A stretch of 64,000 nt of DNA, from the IMG/VR virus record IMGVR_UViG_3300036780_000414, positions 18,796 to 82,795 of that record. The stretch is one strand, 5' to 3'. Position 1 is the stretch's first letter. Each line of letters begins with the position of its first letter. A program made the position numbers and the translations under genes. Shown in pieces: positions 1 through 9,829 of this stretch. This DNA comes from a virus. Below the pieces are notes generated by a model. That model did not search any database. It had not been told where the DNA came from and saw only the letters and a list, made by a program, of their open reading frames with translations.

Positions 1-618
1 TGGTACACGCTGCCCCAGCCGGTCAGCGGCGTATCCGCCGTGTTCCTCGGCACCTACACGTTCTACCTGATCGCGTCGTCGCTGAACGGGTCCGGTACGC
101 GGACGGTCACCCTCACGGTGCGGCAGACAGAGTACAGCGGGGGGCCGACGTACAGCATCGCGACGGTGCCGGTGACGTTCTCCCCGGCGCAGCTGACGAA
201 CGGGCTGCTGTGCGCGGGGGTGCTGACGCTGCCGGTGAAGAAAGTCCCGCCGGACAACACGCAGGCGTCATGGGCGGTGTCAGTGACTGACACGAACACG
301 GCAGACCGCTGGTATGACTGCATCGCGCTGGACACTCAGGGGCAGACGGCGATCATCAATGAGCCGAGCACCGGATTCCAGACGTACTTCCTCGACGCAC
401 CGGACCCGAACAAGAACCTGGGAAACGTGCTCGGCACCCAGACGGACAGGTCCGCTGCGGTGTCGGTGATGGGTGAGATGACCGCGTACACGGGCGGGCC
501 GATGGTGGTCGAGCCGACTGACGGGGAGAACATGCTGTTCGCTTACTGCCCTGGGGCTCTGGCCCCGGCGGTCGGCGTCACGTACTTCGACACGTACTAC
601 TTCGACCGCATCGACTGA
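1..618 (+). CDS. Minor tail protein, 5' partial (frame open from position 1)
   Basis: Thr/Gly/aromatic-rich beta protein immediately upstream of other tail-like genes and the lysin; no stop codon between base 1 and the tracked start at 40. Confidence 0.6.
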   Translation, partial: WYTLPQPVSGVSAVFLGTYTFYLIASSLNGSGTRTVTLTVRQTEYSGGPTYSIATVPVTFSPAQLTNGLLCAGVLTLPVKKVPPDNTQASWAVSVTDTNTADRWYDCIALDTQGQTAIINEPSTGFQTYFLDAPDPNKNLGNVLGTQTDRSAAVSVMGEMTAYTGGPMVVEPTDGENMLFAYCPGALAPAVGVTYFDTYYFDRID

Positions 619-628
619 GGGGCTGACC

Positions 629-1324
629 ATGGGCAAGTTCGGGATACTCGCGTCGGTCGCGGCGGCTGAGCTGGCAGGGCACTGGCTCGGCCTCGGGTAC
701 GGGTTCCTGGTGATGCTGGCCGCGTTCACGTTCGTAGCGCTGCGGATGAGCGCCACGATGGCCACGGGCAGCAACGCGCTGGTCAAGGCGCAGGCAGCGC
801 ACCAGCGGCTGGACCTGCTGGTGCCGAAGGTCGGCACGATCGAGACGACAGCGAACGGCGCGCAGACCACGGCGAACAACGCCCTGCCTAAGAGCGGCGG
901 CACGGTCACCGGCAACCTGACGGTGAACGGTGACCACACCATCGCCGGCAACCTGCTCGGCAGCGGCGGCACCCTGACCACGGGCAGCAACTTCCACGTC
1001 AGCGGCGGCGGCGCCACCGTCGACCTCGGGCTGACGGTGCACGGCAACCACAGCGTGGACGGCAACGCGGCGATCGGCGGGACCCTGAGCGGAGCCAGCG
1101 GCGGCACGGTGGAGTCAACCGCGATCCACGCGGGCGGCACGATCCTCGCTGACGGCCAGGTGAACGCCGTAGGGAACATGAGCGCAGGCAACTTCGGCGG
1201 GCCGTACCAGGGCGGCCAGGGCGCGGTGACACCGGTACCCACCACCGGCTTCACCCTCGCGGAGACCGCCACGGCGGTTAACGGGGTCATCAACCGGCTA
1301 GACTCGTCCGGGCTGATCAGCTAG
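629..1324 (+). CDS. Fibre-like virion protein with hydrophobic N-terminus
   Basis: ALPKSGGTVTGNLTV fibre motif, Gly/Thr/Val/Asn beta repeats, C-terminal helix (VNGVINRLDSSGLI); tail-module context. Confidence 0.55.
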   Translation: MGKFGILASVAAAELAGHWLGLGYGFLVMLAAFTFVALRMSATMATGSNALVKAQAAHQRLDLLVPKVGTIETTANGAQTTANNALPKSGGTVTGNLTVNGDHTIAGNLLGSGGTLTTGSNFHVSGGGATVDLGLTVHGNHSVDGNAAIGGTLSGASGGTVESTAIHAGGTILADGQVNAVGNMSAGNFGGPYQGGQGAVTPVPTTGFTLAETATAVNGVINRLDSSGLIS

Positions 1325-1332
1325 GAGGGCTC

Positions 1333-2460
1333 GTGGTTGACTACCCGGATGCGGGGCTGTCACAGGTCGCGGTGATCCCGCAGGGCACCTCGCAGATGAC
1401 CTGGCTGGGCAATGAGGGGCACGTCACGCCGCCGAAGTACAGCTTCACCTACTCAGGCGGCTGCGAGAAGATGAGCTGCACGCTGCCCGCCCCGGCAACG
1501 TACCGGGCTGAGTGGATGCTGGCCGGATCGGCGGTGAGCATCTTCCGCGGCGGCCACCAGGTGTGGGCCGGGCAGCTGGACGAGCCGGACCCCGGTGACG
1601 GCGGCTGGTCGATCACCGGGGCGGGAGTCGGCGTGCAGGGCGCTGACTTTGAGGCTGTGTTTACTGACACGTGGCCGACCGGTGAGCCGGACGAGTTCGT
1701 GAATAACGCGATAAGCAGGGGACTCCCCTGGGTTAACCCTGGGATCGGGACACCCAGCGGGATCTGGCTGGGGCAGCCGCCGGATTCTGGTGCCCAGTAC
1801 GTGGACGCAGTGCTGAACACCTGCTGCACGAAAGGCGGCCTCGGCTGGTACGTGAACAGTCAGCCGGGCGGGGTGATCGGGAACAGCCTGGCGCTGGGGC
1901 CGCTGCCGACGACGGTGAACCGGATACTCGTCGCGGTCAACCCGGTCGCGCGGACGCTCGGCGGTGACGTGCGGGCGATCTTCATCCGCTACCAGGCCAC
2001 CACGGACAGCACCGACACGTCGACCGCCGCGACGTACGCGCTGACCAGCGTGACGAACACCGGGCACAGCGGGCGCGAGTACTACCTGGACTTGTCTAAC
2101 GCCGGGGTGATGACGCAGGCGGCGGCGCAGGGGGTCGCGTCGGCGCTGCTGAAGATCTACCAGAACGCGAGCTTCGCCGGGTCGTTCACCGTGATGCCCG
2201 GTCAGCTGCTCACCACGGGCGGGGTGCCGGTGGACCTGGGCTGCGAGCAGGCCGGGACGGTCGTCAAGCTGATCCTGGCGGACTTCGCGTACGGCGGGGG
2301 GCTGCTGCCCGCGCAGCCGGCGCAGTTCATCACCGGGGCGTACGAGTGGGATGATGCCGCCTGCCAGGCGACGATGACGCCGTTCCAGGCGGTGGACCAG
2401 TCGCTGGCGTCGCTGCTGTCGGCGACCTCCCAGACGATGGTCCCCGTGACGAGCTCCTAG
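1333..2460 (+). CDS. Minor tail / baseplate-hub-like protein
   Basis: GGAGG RBS; VSIFRGGHQVWAGQLDEP resembles siphovirus hub proteins; last gene before the lysin. Confidence 0.6.
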   Translation: MVDYPDAGLSQVAVIPQGTSQMTWLGNEGHVTPPKYSFTYSGGCEKMSCTLPAPATYRAEWMLAGSAVSIFRGGHQVWAGQLDEPDPGDGGWSITGAGVGVQGADFEAVFTDTWPTGEPDEFVNNAISRGLPWVNPGIGTPSGIWLGQPPDSGAQYVDAVLNTCCTKGGLGWYVNSQPGGVIGNSLALGPLPTTVNRILVAVNPVARTLGGDVRAIFIRYQATTDSTDTSTAATYALTSVTNTGHSGREYYLDLSNAGVMTQAAAQGVASALLKIYQNASFAGSFTVMPGQLLTTGGVPVDLGCEQAGTVVKLILADFAYGGGLLPAQPAQFITGAYEWDDAACQATMTPFQAVDQSLASLLSATSQTMVPVTSS

Positions 2461-2611
2461 CCGGCCGTACGGGGACCGGCGCACATGTGCGGGGGTGTTA
2501 GCAACCTGTTGCCTAAGAGGCGGTTAAGCAGCTGCTGGGACTCCCCCGGATGGAGTACCTTTTCAGCGGACACGGACGCGCCCGCGAGACCGCACCACTG
2601 ACCCGCAGGAG

Positions 2612-3670
2612 ATGCCCGTGACGATCTACTTCCCGGACATCAGCTCTTTCCAGGGCGGTATCAGCCTGTCCGGGGCGCTGGCTGTGGCGGTCAAGCTCTG
2701 TGAGGGCACCGGCTACGTCAACCCTTACTACGCGTCGCAGGCGCTGGAGGCGCAGCGGCGGAAGTCGTTCCAGCTGGGTTACCACTTCCTCCACCAGGGG
2801 AACGGCGCCGCTCAGGGTGACTTCGCGCACGCGCACGCGGGAGCGGTGCCGATGATGGTGGACGCTGAGCCGCTGACCGGGCTGGACGGGACACCGAACC
2901 CCCGTTCGGCGCTGGTCAGCGACCCGGAGATGATGCGCGGCGTCAAGCTGTCGTCCGCGCCGTCGATCGCGGACATCTGCGCATTCACCGATGAGTACCG
3001 GGCTAAGGGCGGGGTGCTGCACTGGGTGTACCTGCCGCGCTGGTACTGGCTGGAGATGGGCTCACCGTCGCTGGCCCCGCTCGCTGAGCGGGGGCTGCTG
3101 CTGTGGTCGAGCCAGTACACCAGCTACACCGACGCGGGCAGCGGCGCCGGCTGGCAGCCGTACGGGGGGATGACCCCGCAGTGCTGGCAGTACACGGCGT
3201 CGCTCAGCTTCGGCGGCATCGCCAACGTGGACTTCAGCGCGTTCCGCGGATCGAGGTACGCGGGCAAGCAGGACAGTGCGAGCGTTAAGGCGGCGCTCGC
3301 TGAGTTTGAGGCGCTGTCCCGCACCGGCAAGGTGGCCCCGCCTGCGGCTGTGCTGCCGCCTGTGCGGGACCTGCGGGTCGTCGCTGTCGGTAAGACGACG
3401 GTGAAGCTGCAATGGCAGTCCCCTACCGGGCAGTCACCGTTTGGGGTGAGCTGGTACGAGATCGGCGCGCAGTACGCCGAGGGTCCGAAGAAAGGGCAGG
3501 ACGTGTGGCCGGGCCGGTGGGTGAACAAGAACCTCAGCAGCAGCCTGGAAGTCCACCAGTTCGGGTCCATCCCGCACGGGGTGAAAGTCAACATGATCGT
3601 CCGCGCCGCCGACCGGGACCGCCTGCACGGCTCCGAGTGGGCGACCGTGCAGATCGAGATCACCACCTGA
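2612..3670 (+). CDS. Endolysin: GH25 muramidase plus C-terminal fibronectin type III-like domain
   Basis: PDISSFQG, KLCEGTGYVNP, GYHF, VDAE, WQYT and VDFSAF are GH25 motifs; the C-terminus (PPVRDLRVVAVGKTTVKLQWQSP...VRA) is FN3-like. Confidence 0.88.
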   Translation: MPVTIYFPDISSFQGGISLSGALAVAVKLCEGTGYVNPYYASQALEAQRRKSFQLGYHFLHQGNGAAQGDFAHAHAGAVPMMVDAEPLTGLDGTPNPRSALVSDPEMMRGVKLSSAPSIADICAFTDEYRAKGGVLHWVYLPRWYWLEMGSPSLAPLAERGLLLWSSQYTSYTDAGSGAGWQPYGGMTPQCWQYTASLSFGGIANVDFSAFRGSRYAGKQDSASVKAALAEFEALSRTGKVAPPAAVLPPVRDLRVVAVGKTTVKLQWQSPTGQSPFGVSWYEIGAQYAEGPKKGQDVWPGRWVNKNLSSSLEVHQFGSIPHGVKVNMIVRAADRDRLHGSEWATVQIEITT

Positions 3671-3856
3671 TCAGCTAGGAGCTGGCTTGGCGCCGAACGA
3701 CGCGCCCGCCCCTGAGATCACCGCAGCCTGGTTGCTGACACTCAACTGCGGTCATATCACCCGTATTGAGGGCGGGCCGGTACAACCCTTGGTACATTGC
3801 GCCTCATGCGGGCAGGACAGCATGGTTTCGCTGGCCGTCCGGCAGTAGGAGGAACG

Positions 3857-4165
3857 ATGAGTGACCTGGTTGTCTCGTGGATCCGAACCGGCTGCGCGGT
3901 GCTCGCCGGGGCGCTTATCACCTGGGCGGTCCGGCAGGGCCTGATCGCGGATGCTTCCGTGCAGGGGCCGCTGACGGAAGTGCTGGTGGTCGGCATCACG
4001 GCAGCCTGGTACTTCATCGTCCGGGTGCTCGAAAAGGTCAACCCGGCGTTCGGGTTCTTCCTCGGCGTCCCGAAGGCACCCACCTACACGCCGCCCCCCA
4101 CCGCTGTCACGCAGCCCAGCCGCGTGCGTGGCAGCGGGGCGCAGCCGCCGACTGAGCGGTTCTGA
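3857..4165 (+). CDS. Holin
   Basis: AGGAGG RBS before ATG 3857; two hydrophobic helices; SWIRT...LE...FG.FLG.PK.PTY pattern typical of actinophage holins; follows the lysin. Confidence 0.8.
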   Translation: MSDLVVSWIRTGCAVLAGALITWAVRQGLIADASVQGPLTEVLVVGITAAWYFIVRVLEKVNPAFGFFLGVPKAPTYTPPPTAVTQPSRVRGSGAQPPTERF

Positions 4166-4197
4166 CCGCTGCCGGGTTGAACCGGGTACCCGGCAAC

Positions 4198-4247
4198 GCG
4201 AACGCCCGCCCTGGACGGCCTGTGGCCGCGCCGGGGCGGGCGTTCCG
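4198..4247. terminator. Hairpin between convergent transcription units
   Basis: AACGCCCGCCCTGG ... CCGGGGCGGGCGTT inverted repeat between the holin (+) and the leftward arm (-). Confidence 0.6.
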
Positions 4248-4254
4248 CTTGCTG

Positions 4255-4425
4255 CTACTTCTTGCCCCTGCCGTCTTTGCCTGCGTTCTTGGCGTCCTTC
4301 GCGGCACGCGCGTTGTGCGCGGCCATCTGCCGGTTCAGCTTGGTCGCAGCCGCGCCGTTCGCCCGGAGGCGGCTGACCCATTCCTCTTCTGACTCGCCCG
4401 GCCGGCGGTCGCCTGGCTGTGCCAT
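4255..4425 (-). CDS. Small basic hypothetical protein
   Basis: GAGAGAGG RBS upstream of ATG 4425. Confidence 0.55.
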   Translation of the reverse strand: MAQPGDRRPGESEEEWVSRLRANGAAATKLNRQMAAHNARAAKDAKNAGKDGRGKK

Positions 4426-4533
4426 GGTGTTTCCTCTCTCATGGTGACGATCCCGCAGGGTAGCAGCATAGCGCACGTGTGAGCGGTACCCTGGGTGACG
4501 GGCACCCTGCGCGAACTGGGCGCGCTCCCCCGC

Positions 4534-4734
4534 CTACAGCCAGTCGATGTCACCGATGGTGCCGAGCGGCTGCGCGTAGCGGAACGTCTCCTCTGCCGTG
4601 ACCGTGCGCGGGCAGCCCTCACCGTCGAAGCCGAGGCACTCCCAGGTGTCCATCGCGAAGTTCAGGTGCATCTGCCCGTGCACGGGGCACTCGGGTTGCG
4701 GGACGGTGAATACCTCACCAGTGTCAGCTGGCAT
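4534..4734 (-). CDS. Small Cys/His protein, paralog of 59579..59827
   Basis: PECPVHG and ECLGFDGEGC shared with the ORF at 59579. Confidence 0.65.
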   Translation of the reverse strand: MPADTGEVFTVPQPECPVHGQMHLNFAMDTWECLGFDGEGCPRTVTAEETFRYAQPLGTIGDIDWL

Positions 4735-4803
4735 GCTGGCCAGGGTACGCGCGAAAGCCCGCCGCAGGCATTCTACGGCGGGCCTTCGTCGTTGCTCTGG
4801 GGC

Positions 4804-4944
4804 CTACTTGCCCTCGCCCTTCGGGAGGTCCCTGACGTCCAGCTTGTCCAGGTCGTCGCGGCTGATCCGGCCGACGAACGTCAGGCCAGGGCCAACCTTG
4901 TCGCCGGGCTCTGCGTCTTCGAGGTTCCCGCTGTCCTTCGGCAT
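4804..4944 (-). CDS. Small hypothetical protein
   Basis: GAGAGAGGGG RBS upstream of ATG 4944. Confidence 0.5.
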   Translation of the reverse strand: MPKDSGNLEDAEPGDKVGPGLTFVGRISRDDLDKLDVRDLPKGEGK

Positions 4945-5145
4945 CTGATGTGCCCCTCTCTCGCTGCTCACCTGCGATGGTGACTGCACACATGTTATGT
5001 GGGCAGGTGCGGCCTCACAACCCCCGAACTTTTATGTAACGTTGTGCTACTAGCGCCACGGGGGGCGGCACCACCACTCCCGGTACCAGGCCGGGCACCA
5101 GCCGAGGCACGCGAGGAAGCACAGCAGGTCATCCACGGCGGCAGC

Positions 5146-5784
5146 TTAGATCAGCAGGTGCTCCATGGCCAGCGCTACGGGCCACTCACCGTCCGGGCCT
5201 GGGATCCACAGCCGGCCGCGCGTGCACCCGTTGCCGGGGGGAAGCTCCTCACGGCGCACACCGGGGGCCAGGGCGCGGCCGAGCGGAACCCCGGCGTCCA
5301 GCAGCAGCTCAGCTGACGGGGGCATCCGCTGCGGCAGGTACACCGACACGATCTCAGCGACGGGCCGTTCCGACAGGGTGACCAGTGTGCCCTCCCGCCG
5401 CCAGGCGACCCCGGCGCCGGGCAGGCCCGGCATCAGGTCCGGGTAGATGCGGGCGCTGACCTGTACGCATGAGATGATGCGGGCATTCACGTCCTCGCCT
5501 GCTACCCGTGCGGCGTAGTCGGTGAACAGGGCGGGTGAGTGTGTCCCGGCAGAGCCAGCCGTCTCACCCGCCCTGCCTTCCCCGGGGGCAGGGAAGCCCG
5601 GTGGCGGCGCGTGCTCGTCCAGCAGCCGCTCGATCGCTATCAGCTTGGCGTCGTTTTGCAGGTCCGGGTGGATGAGGATGCGGCGGCCCTCGCGGATCAG
5701 GGCGCAGAAGTTCGCGGCGAGTTCGTCGCGGGTCTGGCTGTTGATGCGGGCGTAGGAAAACACCATCACAGCGTAACGGGGCAA
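5146..5784 (-). CDS. Chorismate-lyase/UTRA-fold-like protein (start uncertain)
   Basis: RREGTL...VAEIVSVY...LLDAGVPLGRAL...RRE...PVALAMEHL resembles the UbiC/UTRA pattern. Confidence 0.45.
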   Translation of the reverse strand: MPRYAVMVFSYARINSQTRDELAANFCALIREGRRILIHPDLQNDAKLIAIERLLDEHAPPPGFPAPGEGRAGETAGSAGTHSPALFTDYAARVAGEDVNARIISCVQVSARIYPDLMPGLPGAGVAWRREGTLVTLSERPVAEIVSVYLPQRMPPSAELLLDAGVPLGRALAPGVRREELPPGNGCTRGRLWIPGPDGEWPVALAMEHLLI

Positions 5785-6104
5785 CTACTGAACGTCTATG
5801 ACATACCTGTGTCTTTCCGGTCATCTCCGCCCAGCGGCTTCCGCCCCCACGCCGCCCGGACCTCATTCACCGACTCGTCAGTCGCCCGGTCACGGGTACT
5901 CGATGCCGTAGACCCTGGCCAGGTGCCGGGCCATCTCGTCCTGAGCTTCGCGCCACTGGTCACGCGCCGCGCACCAGCGGGCCGCCGCGTCGTCGGGGAC
6001 CTGGACCATCCGGGCGCGCTTGTAGCCACCCAGGCCGGCGTCATCCTCGAAGTCGACCGTGACCTCCGGGTACAGCTCAACGTCGGTGTCGATGTAGGCC
6101 AGTG

Positions 6105-6704
6105 TCACGGGTGCGCCCCTTCCCACGCTGGCAGCAGCGCCCCGATGTCAGACGGCATCACGTCACCTGGCCACCGGTCATCCGAGTACAGGTGCACGCC
6201 GCCGTCCAGCTTGCAACGGTCAGCGAAGTACGCACACTGCATGTGATGCGTTGTCTCAATGTAGCTGCGCAGGCCCGGCACCGGCACATGAGCGTGGTGC
6301 GCTGCTATCGCCCCGTAGTCGAGGAACGAGTACGGCACCCCGTGGTTACCCCACGGCCCCGGCCGCGTATACCGCACGGCGGCAGCAGCGACCACCTGGC
6401 TTGTGGGCAGCACCCCCGTCGACCAGACGTGCGGCACGTTCCCGTACGACCACGGCACCTCCACCGCGCCGCCCGGTTGCGCCTCCGCAACCCAGATCAC
6501 CGGGGAGTCCGCGGACAGCCCCCGGCCGGACGGCATCCGCTTCGGGTAGTCAATGCGGGTGCACACCACCACGTGGTTCCACTGGCTGAAGCTCGGGCTG
6601 GCCAGCCGCTCCATCAGCTCCACGATCGCGCTGACCGTGGTCAGCGTGTTGACTACCGCCAGGTCACCCGGCTCAGGCAGGACATCAGTCACGTGCCCCA
6701 CCAT
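6105..6704 (-). CDS. Permuted papain-like NlpC/P60 amidase (YaeF/YiiX-like)
   Basis: PGDL, WNHV (His), VAEA, GVPYSF and C-terminal MQCAYF (Cys) in permuted order. Confidence 0.75.
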   Translation of the reverse strand: MVGHVTDVLPEPGDLAVVNTLTTVSAIVELMERLASPSFSQWNHVVVCTRIDYPKRMPSGRGLSADSPVIWVAEAQPGGAVEVPWSYGNVPHVWSTGVLPTSQVVAAAAVRYTRPGPWGNHGVPYSFLDYGAIAAHHAHVPVPGLRSYIETTHHMQCAYFADRCKLDGGVHLYSDDRWPGDVMPSDIGALLPAWEGAHP

Positions 6705-6709
6705 GGCAC

Positions 6710-6751
6710 AAAAGGAACCGCGCCGCCCAGGTTGCCCTGGGGCGGCGCGGT
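6710..6751 (-). terminator. Intrinsic terminator
   Basis: Minus strand ACCGCGCCGCCCCAGG-GCAA-CCTGGGCGGCGCGGT followed by TCCTTTT. Confidence 0.75.
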
Positions 6752-6770
6752 CGCAGCGCGCTGCCTCGCG

Positions 6771-6941
6771 CTACTTGCCGTGCTTGTTGGCCTCACCGCG
6801 CAGTTCTGCGAGGATTCCGCGGCCCCTGATGACCGCTTTGGTGTCATCTCGGTTACCGTTGTTCTCATGGGCCAGGGCCCTGCGTTCCCTGGGGGTCAGG
6901 TCAGAATCGTCTCTTTCCGGGTGGCTGTCGAAGCCGAACAT
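6771..6941 (-). CDS. 56-aa protein (below ORF-track cutoff), paralog of 7026..7196
   Basis: Manual translation MFGFDSHPERDDSDLTPRERRALAHENNGN...HGK; purine-rich RBS. Confidence 0.7.
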   Translation of the reverse strand: MFGFDSHPERDDSDLTPRERRALAHENNGNRDDTKAVIRGRGILAELRGEANKHGK

Positions 6942-7025
6942 TGTTGACCCCTTTTCTGTAAGGTTGGGTTTCCCTGGGGAAACGAGCCGCGCAAGACCCG
7001 GCTTGTGCGGTGCTCCCGCCGTTTT

Positions 7026-7196
7026 CTACAACTTCCACCACGCTTCGAGGCAGCGTTCCTCGATGGCTGCTTTCACGCCCTTGCCGGTGCCCGTCTTGTC
7101 GTTCTCGTCGAACAGGGCCTTGCGCTCCCTGGGGGTCAGGTCGTCGTCTCCCCGGTCAGGGTTCGGGTCGAACCAGCCGCCCGTTAGTATGCCCAC
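7026..7196 (-). CDS. 56-aa protein (below ORF-track cutoff), paralog of 6771..6941
   Basis: Manual translation MGILTGGWFDPNPDRGDDDLTPRERKALFDEND...WWKL; GAGAGGAG RBS. Confidence 0.7.
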   Translation of the reverse strand: MGILTGGWFDPNPDRGDDDLTPRERKALFDENDKTGTGKGVKAAIEERCLEAWWKL

Positions 7197-7243
7197 TGCC
7201 TGCTCCTCTCCCGGTTTCCCTCTTGTGGCGGGGGCCGCGCCGG

Positions 7244-9829
7244 CTACTTGCCCGGCGGGGGGATCAGGACCGGCAGGACGTCCTCGTCCTTGTCGTCTTC
7301 CCGGCGAAGGGCGGCCTCGTCGCAGCGCATGAGGATCGTGCCTGCCGGGTCGATGTACTCCAGGGTCAGCGCGACGCGCTCCCGTGTGGTGAGCAGCGTG
7401 TTACGCGGGTCACGCGGCGGGAGCTGGATGTGCCGGACGGCGAGTGACATGCGTGCGCTGACCACAGCTGCGCGCTGCTCCCTGGTGCCGATGTTCTCAT
7501 CACCTGTTGCCATGGTGATCAGGGTCGCTGTGTCGAAGTCCTCGACGGTTCCGTTCACTTGACCCTCCCCTCTCTCTGTGTAACGGCATCATACACGTGG
7601 GGAGTAAGGATGTGGCAAACGTCAAGGCCACCGCATATAGCAGGACCCCCGGCCCGTGGAACACCAGCCGGGGGTCCTGTGCCATGCCCCTCATCAGCCA
7701 GCGTACAGCAGCCGCACCCACGTTGCCGCGTACCGGCCCATCGGCTCATCATGCTGCGCGTGCCAGCCCCGGAGGAACTCCGTGATGACGCGGGCGTCCG
7801 GGGCGAGCCCGGCTTCCTCCAGGTCCCCGTACGCGCGGGCGCGCATCGCCGCAGGGAACTCCAGGTCCGCCCGTCCGGGGCCATCAGGCGGGAAGACGGC
7901 GGCCCGCCAGGCCCGCGCAGCGGTCAGCGTCGCCGCGTACACCTCCAAGTCCGGGGCGTCAGCGGTGTGCCTGCGGTTCCGCTCAGCCTTGTCCTTGACG
8001 GAGATGACCAGCTCCACCGCGCTTTCCGCAGCCTCCACCAGGAGGTACGGGTTGAGCTGCCACTGGCGGACGATCCGCGCTTCTGCCCGGTCCATCAGCG
8101 TTCCCTTTCCGGTACCAGCGGTATCAGCTCACCGCCGACCTCGCTGGCGGCGGCCAGCGACACGGCCGGGTACTGGCTGAGGACTGCGCGCAGCAGCTGA
8201 CCGCTTAGCGGCATGTAGGTGTCCGGCCCGACCCTAATCCACTTGTAGCCGTCCACGTCCTCGAACACGGGAAGCCCGGCCGCGAGCGCTTCAGGCTGGA
8301 CTAGCAGCGTGTCGGGCAGCATCCCGTCCGCCCGGTTCATGTGCCGCCCTCCCCGCCTGCCGGGTACCAGCGCTGCCCCTTCGGGTCGGGTACCGCGCGC
8401 ACCTTACCGTCCTTGGCCAGCTCACCGAGGAGCGCCAGCATGAGCGTCATCGGGACTGGCCGGTGCAGCTCACCGATCGGCGGTTCCGGCATCGGCAGGC
8501 CGGGGCTCAGCTGGTAAGCGGTGCGGCCCGGCTGCCCGGTGACGGCGGCCAGGACGAACGCCAGCTGTTCGGAGTGCCGTTCGCGGGGCAGCACGGTTGT
8601 CATGGTGCTACCTCTACTGCGACGACGAACCGCCCGCAGGTTGCGCAGCTGACTCGGATCTTCCCGGCGTAGTAGGTTGCCGTGACCGGCTTGCCGGGGT
8701 GGCACCTGCCGGTCACGGTGAGCGGTGAGTCGTGGGTGGTGTGGTCGCAGAACATGTTGGAGCAGCCCAGCGCGTCCAGGTACTCGCAGCTGACTACTGC
8801 GCCGGCCGGCAGCTGCTCCGGCAGCTGCTGCGGCGTGGGGGTTACGGCCAGCACTTCCCATCCGTCCACGGTGAACAGCTCGCTGCTGCGCATCGCGTCC
8901 GCCGTGGCGTCCGCTACGTCGGTGTCGCTGGTGGCGTCGGAGACTTTGACGGCCCCCGTGACCCTGATCGTCTTCACGGTGCCTCCTGCGGCTGGCCGGT
9001 GCCGGAAAGCTCCGCGTACGCGGTTTTGAGTGCGGTGAGCTGCGGCGTGTCGTGGAAGGTGAGGTACTGGCTGGCGCCCATGCGGATCAGCATGGCCTCT
9101 GCGATCCGCTGCGCGTGCGCCCAGCCCATGTTGGCGAGCGCGTCTTGCAGGTTGACCAGCTGACCGCTGGCCAGCGACGACGCGAGGCGCAGGAACCGCT
9201 TCTCATGGCCTTCCGGGTACAGCTTCGGGTCGCGCACCAGGTTCTGCCATGACTTGATCCACGCGCCGGGCAAGCTCGCATGGTCGGCCATCGAGTAGTG
9301 GGTGTCCAGTACCACGTGCCGGGCGAATGCCCTGGTGCCGGGCAGGTGGGTGAACGTCACCAGGTGCATCGCCGCCTGGCTGGCCGTCACGCCGTCGATC
9401 CGCGCGCCTTCGGCCAGCAGCGCGCACAGCTCCTCACGGGTGCAGCCCTCAACGGGGTCAGTCATCGGACTTGGCTCCTTCCTGGTCGTGCCAGTCTTGC
9501 CATACCTTGCGGGCTTCGCTGGTCGCCCAGCAGCTCCGCGTCTCGATCTCCGCGCCGCACGTGCAGCCGAGCAGCAGGTCACGGTGCTTCCCGGCTGTGG
9601 CCAGGGTCAGCTGGTGCTCCCCCGGCGTTTCTTCGAGCGGCGGCCAGTGCGGCAGGGTCAGCCCGTCCTGCGTCGGCCCTTTCGCCCGTGCCGCGACCAG
9701 CATGGGGTCCGGCAGTGTCCCAGGCTGCCCGTGGCGGAGGAAGCCGAGCCCCTGGGTCAGCAGGTGCAGCATTACCTGCTTCCGCGCCAGTGCGCTCGTG
9801 TCAACTCGCGTCCACGTCACCCGGCTCAC
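7244..9829 (-). other. Run of coupled small hypothetical ORFs (7244-7558, 7694-8095, 8095-8340, 8337-8603 wHTH-like, 8600-8977, 8974-9465, 9458-9829)
   Basis: Mostly abutting or overlapping start/stop codons on the minus strand. Confidence 0.65.

Noticed and set aside
4495-4983. Plus-strand 162-aa ORF downstream of the 4474 motif
   Set aside because: Overlaps two better-supported minus-strand genes (one with a paralog, one with a clear RBS) and has no RBS or motif of its own
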